Shown: one piece after another, positions 54,298 through 64,000 of the stretch
Numbering within the stretch: the first letter of the stretch is position 1
Layout: the number at the start of each line of letters is the position of its first letter
From: Dictyostelium discoideum
Lineage: Eukaryota
Direction of reading: 5' to 3'
NCBI GenBank assembly: GCA_000004695.1
Contig: CM000152.2
Coordinates: forward strand, 992,001 to 1,056,000
Length of the DNA stretch: 64,000 nucleotides
Position numbers and translations under genes: made by a program
The notes under the pieces: model-generated
Database searches by the model: none
What the model was told of the DNA's origin: nothing
Seen by the model: only the letters and a program-made list of their open reading frames with translations

Positions 54298-57200
54298 TTA
54301 TAATGGACAATCATTATTTTCTTGAAGTTTTTCAAATTGTTGAGGATTATTTAAATTTTGTTGTTGCTCTTGATCAAAACACATTAACATTGAAATAAAG
54401 GTTAAAATCATTTTAGGTTTAACTTCAACGAGATCTTCCCAAACTACAAATATACAACAACCTATCTTTCTAGCAACATTAATGATGTATTGAGCATTTA
54501 ATTTCTTTTCTTCAAAAGTTTCACCTTTGGTAATGATAGAATAGTTTACAACACTTTGAATTGAATCTAATAGATCAATCAAAAAGATACCATTACCAAT
54601 GGATTGATCTTTGAAACCAGTGATACAAGTTGATTTACCATGTTTTAAAACCTTTTTATTTGCCCATTGAATAATTTCACCTTCATTAAAGAATGAAGAA
54701 GTTGAGGAGGTGGAGGAAGAACTTAGAGATAAATCACCACTTGAGGAATCCTTCAATAATGATAGACGTAAATTTGTCAATAAAGATAATAAATGATATT
54801 TACAAGCTTGCCAAATCAAAGCCAAAGTTAATTTACGATTACCATCATGAATATCTTTACCACCAATACCAACGAGAGAGAAACGTAATTGTTTTGCAAT
54901 GGATATCCCATAGTTGCAATTCTCCAATGCCATATATGCATTTGAAGGTGAAATATTAACCTCTTTCCAATTGACAGAGCCAGATTTAATTTTATCAAAC
55001 ATTTGTAAAATGACTAAACCATCTTGAAGATCCTGTTGTAAATTATTAACATAGGGTTTAATGTTCAAAGAGTTCATCCACATACAGAAAGCACGTTCTT
55101 CTCTTGTACCTTCAACATCTAAATTTACTTTTTCAACCAAAGCACGTTGTTCTTCGATTACTTTAGTCGAAGATTCCGAAGCTTTTATACCAATACCTTT
55201 CTCTGATTTGAAAATACTTGAAAGGAATAGATAAATTAATTTTTGATTTCTATTTTGAATTGATTCTAAATTTAACCATTGGAATATATTAAAAGTTTGT
55301 TTAGATTGTTCAATGATCCATTTGAATTCATCAGATTCTTTTGATTGTTGGTCCACTGATGATTGTTGTAATAGAGCTGTACCACCATTTGCTGCCAAAT
55401 CTTTCTCTAGCGATATGAATAGTTTAATTAAATTCGAAGGTGACGAAGCCAATTGATCCAATGATAGTTTTGTTTTATCTAAAGCTAAATGATAAATGAA
55501 CCAACGTAACAATAGTTTATTAGTTGATTGAACGATGAAATGTTTCATATCTTCATGAGTTTCTTTTAAAACCAATAGAGTTGGATAAGTGTTTATATTG
55601 ATTGAAGATGTTATTTGAACTTTAACCAATTCATATAATAGATTAACCATTTCTTTTGGATCAGATTTTAGAGTTGTAGGTGAGATAGTTGATGGTATAA
55701 CACAACCGATTGCCTTTGCAGAATTGAAAACCAAATTTAAATTTTGATCGATTTCAATGTTACTAGTTGGTTCAATGTTTAAAACTCTTTCATCGATTGT
55801 ACCATCACGTGCAAAATTAACCAATTTACAAAGTAATACACCATCATAGAATGAATGAATGATATGTTTAGTTGAATCTATTGGGAAAACATGTTTAATA
55901 TGTTTATCTACCAAGAGTTGTTCAATCGTATTGACATAGTTAATCAATGGTTCTTCCTCTTCAATATAATAATCTTTTGATTGAGTTGGTTTAACTACTC
56001 TATTGATTTGTTCTTGAATTTGTCTCTTTTTCTCTTGTTCCAATTCCTCTTGTTTCTTTGCATCCATTTGCATTGATAGCTCTCTCTTTAATACTTGATG
56101 TTTTCTAGTTTTCTCTTCAACTTTAACTTGTAATGCTTGATTTTCACTCTTTAATTGAGTTAATTCAATTTGAATAGAATCAAATTCCTCTTTTTTATCT
56201 AATAACTCTACAATTAATAATTCAGATTTCTCTTTATCTTGTTGATGTTGTGTAGTTAACTCTTGAATTTGTAATTTCAATTGTTCAATAATTTGTTCAA
56301 ATTCAATAGTTTGTAATAATAATCTTTTAATCTCTAAACATTTCTCTTTATAATTTTCACCCATTCTATTAAATTTCAATTGATAACACTCTAATGAATT
56401 ATTAAATGAATCTAATAAATCATTGAATCTATCATTTAAACCATTTGAAAGTAATAATAAATTTGAATCACATTTACTATGAATATCAGTGATTGTTGAA
56501 AATTTCAATTGTAATTCTACTAAACTATCATTTAATTGATCAGTTTGAATTTGTTTATCTTGTAATAATTTATCTTTTTCTTGTAATAATTGTAATCTTT
56601 GTTGTGATTCTAATTCTAATTGATTAAATTGTGACATTAACTTTTCCAGTTCTTTATTTAATTGATCTTGAGTTAATTTAGAATTTGAAAGATCAAAACG
56701 AATAGTTTCAATCTCTTTTTTCAATTGAATTATGATTTGATCTTTTTCAACAATTGAACTTTCAAATTGTTCAACTTTATTAATTGAAGAAGATTCCAAT
56801 GATCTAATGATTGATAATTTCTCTTCGATTGAATCTAATTTCTCTTTGATGATTTTATCTTTATCGTTTGTAACCGATTGAAGCTCATTAATTGAAGTGG
56901 TTTGATTAGTAATGATCTCAACTTTCTCTTGAATAGTTTGGTCACGATCTTTAATCAATTGTTGTTTCTCTTTAATTAGGTCATCTTTTTCTCTAATCAA
57001 TTGATCTTTAGTGGAGGATGTATTCTCCAACTCTATGATATCATTGGATTGACGTTGAATCAATTCCGATTTCTCTTTTATCAATTGATCCTTTTCGATT
57101 ATCGATGATTCAAACTCTAATATCAATTGATCCTTTTCATGTAACTGCTTAGTTTTAACTTTAATTTCTAAATCTTTTTCAATTAATTGATTCTCTTTAA

Positions 57201-58056
57201 CCTCTAATAACTCTTGAATGGAATGAATTGATTCAACATGTTTACCAATGACAAAATCTTTCTCATTAATTGATTGTTGAATAGACTCAATGATTTTATC
57301 TTTTTCATTTGATTTAAATTCACCAACCAATACCAATTGGTCCAACTCTTCAATACGTGTTAAATATTCTTTAATTAACTCTAATCTATCTGATAATAAT
57401 GTTTCCAAATCAACGATTTTAACTTGAAATTCAGATTTAATTTCAAAGATTTCTTTATCCTTATCTTGAATACTCTTTTGTTGTTGAATTGAAAATGATT
57501 GTAACTGTTTCTCCATCTCTTCTTTAATTAATTTAATCTCTTCTTCATGTTTTTGTTGTTTAATTTCTTGATTTTCAAATATATTTGATTGTCTTAATTC
57601 ATCTGCTAAACTACCAATAATTGTACAATTATCATTTGTATTATTATTATTACTATTGTTATTGGTAGTAGTATTATCACTACCATTACCGCCATTAATT
57701 AATTGTTGTTGTAATTGTATATTCTCTAATTGTAATTGATCGATTTGATCCTGTAATATTCTATTATGAGATTGAATTGATGAGAAATTATCTTGAAATT
57801 CTTGATTTAATTTATTCAATTCTTTAATTTTCATTAAAAGTTTCTTCTTTTCTTCTTCTTCTTCACCACTCAATTCTTTAAATCTTTTATTTGAATCATA
57901 TTTTGTATATTTATTAATTGAAATTATACAAATTAACATATATAATGCTGATTTTGAATCACTATTTGTATTAATTGATTCAAATGAATCATTTAAACCT
58001 GATAAAATTGAATTATTATTATTATTATTACCGCTAAAATTTGATTCTTTATTCAA
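54298..58056 (-). CDS. Coiled-coil protein ending in a complete fimbrin/plastin-type actin-binding core (4 calponin-homology domains). Very probably the C-terminal part of a larger gene continuing from 58062..60275
   Basis: C-terminal ~500 aa: EERAFCMWMNSLNIKPYVNNLQQDLQDGLVILQMFDKIKSGSVNWKEVN (fimbrin CH3-like) and KKLNAQYIINVARKIGCCIFVVWEDLVEVKPKMILTFISMLM (fimbrin CH4-like, the EDLVEVKPKM motif), plus two upstream CH-like segments. About 700 aa of heptad-rich coiled coil precede them. The ORF-track start is TTG, and the first ATG lies ~38 codons in. Confidence 0.8.
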   Translation of the reverse strand: MNKESNFSGNNNNNNSILSGLNDSFESINTNSDSKSALYMLICIISINKYTKYDSNKRFKELSGEEEEEKKKLLMKIKELNKLNQEFQDNFSSIQSHNRILQDQIDQLQLENIQLQQQLINGGNGSDNTTTNNNSNNNNTNDNCTIIGSLADELRQSNIFENQEIKQQKHEEEIKLIKEEMEKQLQSFSIQQQKSIQDKDKEIFEIKSEFQVKIVDLETLLSDRLELIKEYLTRIEELDQLVLVGEFKSNEKDKIIESIQQSINEKDFVIGKHVESIHSIQELLEVKENQLIEKDLEIKVKTKQLHEKDQLILEFESSIIEKDQLIKEKSELIQRQSNDIIELENTSSTKDQLIREKDDLIKEKQQLIKDRDQTIQEKVEIITNQTTSINELQSVTNDKDKIIKEKLDSIEEKLSIIRSLESSSINKVEQFESSIVEKDQIIIQLKKEIETIRFDLSNSKLTQDQLNKELEKLMSQFNQLELESQQRLQLLQEKDKLLQDKQIQTDQLNDSLVELQLKFSTITDIHSKCDSNLLLLSNGLNDRFNDLLDSFNNSLECYQLKFNRMGENYKEKCLEIKRLLLQTIEFEQIIEQLKLQIQELTTQHQQDKEKSELLIVELLDKKEEFDSIQIELTQLKSENQALQVKVEEKTRKHQVLKRELSMQMDAKKQEELEQEKKRQIQEQINRVVKPTQSKDYYIEEEEPLINYVNTIEQLLVDKHIKHVFPIDSTKHIIHSFYDGVLLCKLVNFARDGTIDERVLNIEPTSNIEIDQNLNLVFNSAKAIGCVIPSTISPTTLKSDPKEMVNLLYELVKVQITSSININTYPTLLVLKETHEDMKHFIVQSTNKLLLRWFIYHLALDKTKLSLDQLASSPSNLIKLFISLEKDLAANGGTALLQQSSVDQQSKESDEFKWIIEQSKQTFNIFQWLNLESIQNRNQKLIYLFLSSIFKSEKGIGIKASESSTKVIEEQRALVEKVNLDVEGTREERAFCMWMNSLNIKPYVNNLQQDLQDGLVILQMFDKIKSGSVNWKEVNISPSNAYMALENCNYGISIAKQLRFSLVGIGGKDIHDGNRKLTLALIWQACKYHLLSLLTNLRLSLLKDSSSGDLSLSSSSTSSTSSFFNEGEIIQWANKKVLKHGKSTCITGFKDQSIGNGIFLIDLLDSIQSVVNYSIITKGETFEEKKLNAQYIINVARKIGCCIFVVWEDLVEVKPKMILTFISMLMCFDQEQQQNLNNPQQFEKLQENNDCPL

Positions 58057-58061
58057 TTTTT

Positions 58062-58117
58062 CTAATAAATATTTTTTGAATTATTCTTATTATTATTAAT
58101 ATTATTATTATTATAAA

Positions 58118-58157
<40 letters not shown>

Positions 58158-60275
58158 ATTATTAATATCTTGAATTGTGGAATATAAATTATTGGTATTA
58201 TTATTATTATTATTATTACTTGAATAATTTAAAGATATTGAATTTGAATCATTTTCTAAAAATGAAATTAAAGTTGAAATTAAAGAACAATCATCTAAAT
58301 TTATAATTTCAGATTCTAAACGTGATAATAAAGAACGTGCATCAGAGAGTACTCTAAGATTTGTAATTTTTGGAGTTGATGAAATTAATTCTTCATTTCT
58401 AATTAAATCATTATAAGCAGATTTTAAAATTAATTCAGGATTTTTAAGTGATCTTGATTCTGGTGATAATTGAGTTTGTTCAACTTGAATTTGAAGTTGT
58501 TTATTTTTTTGACGTAAAAGTTTGACTTTACTCTTTAATTTTTCAAATTCACTCTCATCGATTTTTGTATCCAATTGATACTTTAGATCATGTACACTCG
58601 TTTGTAATGACTCATTTGCATTCAATAGTCTATCACGATTTTTTATTAATCTACCCTGAGACGATTGCAATCCCTCCACTGCCAATTTCAATTCCTCAAT
58701 CTCCTCTTTCTGTTGTTTAATGGTTTTAGTTTTCATTGGACTATTGAAATCAATGATTGATTTTAATTTACTATTCTTTTCATCCAATTGATTTGATAAT
58801 TCAAATTCTTTGAAAACCAATATCTCATTCTCTTGCTTGGCCGTCGAGACTTGGTTAGAGAGGAACGCATTCTCGTTCTTTAATTTATCAACCTGTTCAT
58901 TGAAAAGTTTTAAACTCTCATTCAAAGCCTCTTGCTCTTGTAGACGTTGTTTCAATGCTTTCATCTCCTCTTCCAAATCTTCATTCTTTTCCAATAATGA
59001 TTGACCAATCTCTGCTGCAACTCTTGTATCTTTTTCTTTCTCTTCCAATAGTTTCTCAGTTTGTTCTAAAATTACCTTATGATCCAATTTAAACATCATA
59101 GTATAGGATTTATTCTTTTGAACATTTAAATTTTTAAATGGTGTAAAATTTTGGAATTCTCTTTTAATTGTACTACCATTATCAATACTACCATTGTTAT
59201 TGCTATTGTTGCTATTCTCAATTTGTTGTGATCTCCTTCTACCAACAATTGATGAAATTGATTTAGTTCTTCTATAATTTGATCTATCAAATCCTTCATC
59301 ATTTTCTTGTTGATTTAATGGTGTCATTGGTGGTGACATACCAGTTGATGATGAAAGTGGTGATCCATTATTATTCTTTGGTGTTGTTGTTGTTGTTGTT
59401 GTTATTGTTGTTGAATTATTAAAATATACAGTACCACCATTAAATTGATTTGATTGTGGTGTTTGTTGTGGGGTTTGTTCAGATGTATGTGATTGTGATG
59501 GCTGTGATTGTGATTGTGGTGGTTGTGGGGTTTGTGGTGTTTGATTCATATACAATTGTTGTTGAGCTGGTGTTAATTTTGTACTTTGTCTATTTGATTT
59601 TTTATTATTATTATTTGTAAATTCAGAAGGTGAAATATTTGAAGGTGGTGATAAACTACCTTGTGGTGAAAATGTTGTACTCTTTCTATGAGGTGATTTA
59701 TTATCTTGTTGCATATGTGAAACTAATTTACTATTTAATTTACCATATTTAAATAATGGTTGAAATTCTTTTTGATTTAATTTCCTCTTCAGTCTAAGAT
59801 AGGATGTCTCCTTTTGATAATGTTCAACTGTTAAATTCTTAATTTCTTCTGCTGTTAAATATTCATTCTCTTCCAATGATAATTCATTAACGAATGAATC
59901 ATATCTTTGATTTCTTTGATTTCTATATGTTTCAATATCTTTATAATATTCATTCATCCATTTTTTCAATATAATTGTATTATTATTATTATTATTATTA
60001 CTATCTATTTTTGATTTTACATTTTTACTATTATTATTAGTATTAGTATTAGTATTGGTATTGGTATTGGTATTGGTATCTTCATCTGATGAAGAGTCAC
60101 TTTCAATTTCATCATCATCAAAATTATCATCAAATATTGTTACACCTGTAAATAATGACATATCAATTTCTTTGACGGCTGTTTGATTGCTTAAATTTGA
60201 TTGATCCATCGCTGTTGTTGTTGTTGCTGATGACGATGTCGTAGTGTTACTAGTCGCCGTTTCTGTTGTCTCCAT
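58062..60275 (-). CDS. Ser/Thr/Asn-rich plus coiled-coil protein (737 aa). Likely the N-terminal portion of the fimbrin-like gene at 54298..58056
   Basis: ATG at 60275 (METTETATSNTTT...). The C-terminal coiled coil is followed by an Asn-rich tail ending ...NKNNSKNIY* at 58062. The next ORF on the same strand begins 6 nt later, offset by one nucleotide. Confidence 0.6.
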
Positions 60276-60757
60276 GAAATCGGTGTTATATTATATGTAT
60301 TTAAAAAAAATAAAAATTCAATTTATAAAAAAAAGATTTTTTTTTTTGTTTTTTTTTTTTTGTTTTTTTTTGTTTTTTTGGTTTTTATAAATATATTTTT
60401 TTTTTTTTTTTTTTTACTTTTTTTGTTGTTACACACCAAACAAGATTTGGAAAAAAAAAAAAAATTAAAAAAAAAAAAAATAAAAAAAAGAAAAAAATTA
60501 AATTTTTTTTTAGGCGGTTGGGGCATAACTGAAAAAAAAAAAAAAATTTTTTTTTTTTTTTTTTTAAATTTTTTTTAAGTGTTTTTTTTTTTTTTTTTTA
60601 AATTTTTTCTTTTTTTTTTTTTTTTCAAGATAAAATTTCCTTTATTATAAAATTTTATAAATCGATTCCCTTAATATTTAATTTCAGCTGATTTTCCTAA
60701 TTTAGCTTTTTTAATATTTTATTTTATTATTTTTTTTTTTTTTTTATTTTCATTTTT

Positions 60758-60792
<35 letters not shown>

Positions 60793-60855
60793 TTATTTTT
60801 TATTCCGCATCACATTAACAAAAATATTTTTATTTGTTTTTTTTTTCTTTAAAAA

Positions 60856-63569
60856 ATGGGACCAAAAAAAAACAATAGGAATAAATCCAAAAATAACACC
60901 AATACCACCAGTGTTAAGCCTAAAGTTGATGAAGAAATTTTATCACAAGATCCAGTTTCAACTGAAGATACACCAACTCTTTTATCACCTCCATCAGAAA
61001 TTACACCAGATGAACCATCTTCAATAGTTGAAGAGAATAAAAAACAAAATAATGATAATAATAATAATGAGAGAAAAGATAATATAGTTGAATCTGTTGA
61101 AGAAAAAGAATTAATTTGTAATAATAATAATAATGAAAATAAAGATGAAAATAATAATAATAAAACTACAACTGCTACTACCACTACCACTACCGCCACT
61201 ACAAATGTAAAATTAGAAAATAATAATAATAATAACAATAATATAAATAATGAAATTAAAGAAATTATTAATGAAGATGATGATGATAATAATAATAATA
61301 ATGAAATAAATAAAGATTGGAAAACATTATATTTTATAACAAGTAAACAAATGAATTTAGAAAGAATTAAAACTGAAACATTAGAAAGTTTAATTATTCA
61401 AAAGGATAAAGAGAATCAACAATTATTGGAACAAGTTACTAGATTAGAAACAGAATTATTAACTGAAAGAAGAAGAATCAATAGAACCGTTGGTACAATT
61501 AGACATGGTACAAGAAAACTTTTAAGTACTGTTAAATTTGATCATAATATTGATATCGCTTCAATCATTGATGATTTAAATAATATTGACTCCTCAATTT
61601 CTGCATCACCCTCATTCGCTGATGACTTAAATTTAACATCTGCTTCAATCCTAAATTCAAATAGTAATAGTTTCTCTGATTTCAGTTCTGATCAATTATT
61701 AAATAAATTGAATAGTTATCATAATTCATCTTCATCTTTAAATAGTAATACTAATAATAATAATAATAATAATAATAATAGTCATCACCATCATCATCAA
61801 AATAATAGTATTGAACGTTCAATTAATTTAAGTAATGGTCCTAGTATTGGTGGTACAATTAGATTATCAACATCAACTAATTCTGTTAATTCAATTAGTG
61901 TTGGTAGTGATTCCGGTAATAATGCAACCACTACTACTGCTACTACTACTGCAACCAATACCAATGCCAATGCTACATCAACAACATCAACATCATTATC
62001 AACAACAACAACAACAACAACTACAACAACAGCAACATCACCAACCATTACAATTAATCCACCACCATTACAAAGGGATTATATTGAATGTATTACAGTT
62101 GTACAATCATTAGTTAGAAGATGGTTAGCAAGAAAGAGATACAAGAAATTAAGAACCAAGAGAGCAATCGTTGAAGAATTATTTGAAACTGAATCAACCT
62201 ATGTCAATCATTTATCAAATCTTTTAAAGATTTTCATCAATCCATTAAAAGCTAAAAAAGGTGATTCAATCTTACCAGCTGATGATTTTGATCAAATCTT
62301 CTCTTCAATTCAAACAATCTATAAAACAAATTCTTACTTTTTAGATCAAGTTGATGAAATATTTAAAAAGTTTAATAAATGGTCATGTTTTGGTGAAAAA
62401 GTTTTAAAATTAGTACGTATATTTAATTTTTAAATAATAATAATAATTTAAAATATTAAATATTAATTTTTATATTTTTTTTTTGACTCTCTCTTACTTA
62501 GGTACCATTATTTAATTGTTATATAGATTATATTATAAACTTTGAATGTTCACAAAAATATTTAAAGAAAGCGTTAAGTAGTAATTCAACATTTGCAAAC
62601 TTTGTTAAACAAGGTAATGCCAAGAAAGAATTGGATGATTTAGATCTTGAAGATTTATTGATTATGCCAGTTCAAAGAATTCCACGTTATATTATGTTAT
62701 TCAAAGAGATTAGAAAGTTTACACCATTATATCATAACGATTTCAGTGGTATCGATAAGACATTGGAAGCATTCAAAGCATTTGCTCAAAAGGTAAACAC
62801 TCAATCTGGTTTCAGAAAAAAGGTTTTACAATTGGAAGATAGAATTTTAAATTATAAAGATGATATCACTTCAAACTCTAGAATCCTTTTAAGAGAGGGT
62901 CCTTTGAAATTTAAAAAATCAAGTGAATATGTATTTTTATTTAATGATATGATTTTAGTTTGTCATCCATCACATTCTAAAAAAAATAAATCAAAATTAT
63001 CATTAGGTACACCAGTAACTACTGTAAATAATAATAATAATAATAATAATAGTAATAATAATAGTAATAATAGTAATAATAATAATAGTAGTAGCAGTAA
63101 TAATAATAATAATAATAATAGTGGTAATGGTAATACACCAACATCAACAACACCAATTATTATATCAACAAATCCACCATCTTCACCACCAACTTTAAGA
63201 GAAACAACATCAAGTATGAATTTACTCGAAAACTCTCATTCATCAACTGTAGTTAATGTTTTAGGTTCAAGTAATGGAAGTAATCAATCATTGAACTCAT
63301 TGGTTGTTAATGAATTCCATAGTAGTAATGTTGATATTAATTTCAAATTCTTACAAAAATATCCATTAGATTCAAGAGTTAAAATCATTCAAGATTTAAC
63401 TGAACCAAAATTCACCGTTTTAGTACCAGACTCTTACAGTATTGACTTTTTCGCAACTACAATTGAAGAAAGACAAGTTTGGGTTTCTGAAATTAATAAA
63501 TTACTTACCGTAATTTCAAATAATTGTTTGGATAAAGCAAATTTAGATCTTATAAATTCTTTACAATAA
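60856..63569 (+). CDS. RhoGEF (Dbl-homology domain) protein with an IQ motif and a C-terminal PH-like region (about 874 aa). Exons 60856..62412 and 62502..63569
   Basis: IQ-like ITVVQSLVRRWLARKRYKKLR, immediately followed by the DH start AIVEELFETESTYVNHLSNLLKIF. Donor TTA|GTACGT at 62413. Acceptor cttacttag|GTA at 62501/62502, phase 0. The DH end LIMPVQRIPRYIMLFKEIRKFTP lies in exon 2. N-terminal Asn/Thr/Asp-rich region with a short coiled coil. Confidence 0.75.
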
Positions 63570-63725
63570 AAAATAGAGAAAAAAAAAAAAAAAAAAAAAA
63601 AAACTATAAATAAACAGATATATAGAAAAATTAGAATTATTTTCTTTTTAAATATATTTTTCCAAATTTACTTTTTTTTTAATACAAAATCAAAAACATA
63701 CTTGTTATTTAAAGTATTTTATAAT

Positions 63726-63766
<41 letters not shown>

Positions 63767-64000
63767 GAGGTGGAGAAAAAAAAAAAAGAATTATCTTTGA
63801 GGTCTTTCTTTTATTTTAAAATCACATTCTATAGAACATAATTAAAAAAAAAAAAAGATTTTTTTTTAAACAAATCATTTTAAATCCTTGAAAATAAAAA
63901 AATATGTATGAAATAATAAAATAATTATTGTTTAAAGAAAATAAAAAAAAAGATCTTTTTATTTATTATAAATTTAAATTATTATGTGAAATATATGACA

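Noticed and set aside
54298-58056. ORF-track start coordinates taken at face value (for example 54298..58056, 22792..23313, 27968..28921, 44349..45737, 62631..63569, 30662..33121, 1620..1973)
   Set aside because: At these positions the first codon is TTG, not ATG, which the ORF tool translated as M. These are internal parts of larger exons, so true starts and exon boundaries were re-derived by hand.

Overview
The window is very AT-rich (about 75-80% A+T), with intergenic DNA dominated by poly(A)/poly(T) runs and (AAT)/(ATT) microsatellites. Coding regions are moderately GC-rich and encode many poly-Asn, poly-Gln and poly-Thr tracts. Short introns carry GTAAGT or GTATGT donors and (t/a)ag acceptors. 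All of this is typical of nuclear DNA from a dictyostelid social amoeba (Dictyostelium-like), not of a prokaryote. I see no operon, CRISPR array or defence-island architecture, so I cannot support a claim of a novel prokaryotic-type system here. The window holds about 27 protein-coding genes on both strands, most with 0-2 introns, and one tRNA-Asn(GUU) gene with a downstream external B box. The genes include two ankyrin-repeat TKL protein kinases (one with a SAM domain), a condensin Cnd1/NCAPD-type subunit, a MaoC/hot-dog enoyl-CoA hydratase (mfeB-like), ribosomal proteins L5 and P1, an SRP-receptor-beta-like GTPase, an MBOAT acyltransferase, an Mpv17/PMP22 protein, a patatin-like phospholipase, a SIP5-like RING protein, an OXLD1-like protein, a DH/IQ RhoGEF, several small secreted cysteine-rich proteins, and a Tgr-like adhesion-type glycoprotein. 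The features I would look at again are: (i) two adjacent same-strand ORFs (58062-60275 and 54298-58056) that differ by a single-A frame offset inside an A6 run and probably form one ~2000-aa protein ending in a complete fimbrin-type 4xCH actin-binding core; (ii) tandem and dispersed paralogous families of small secreted Cys-patterned proteins; (iii) a ~100-bp imperfect direct repeat in a divergent promoter region; (iv) the tRNA-Asn locus flanked by atypical, non-homopolymeric non-coding sequence that may be TRE-type retroelement remnants. The supplied ORF track often 'starts' ORFs at TTG, so true start codons and exon junctions were re-derived by hand and are approximate where stated.
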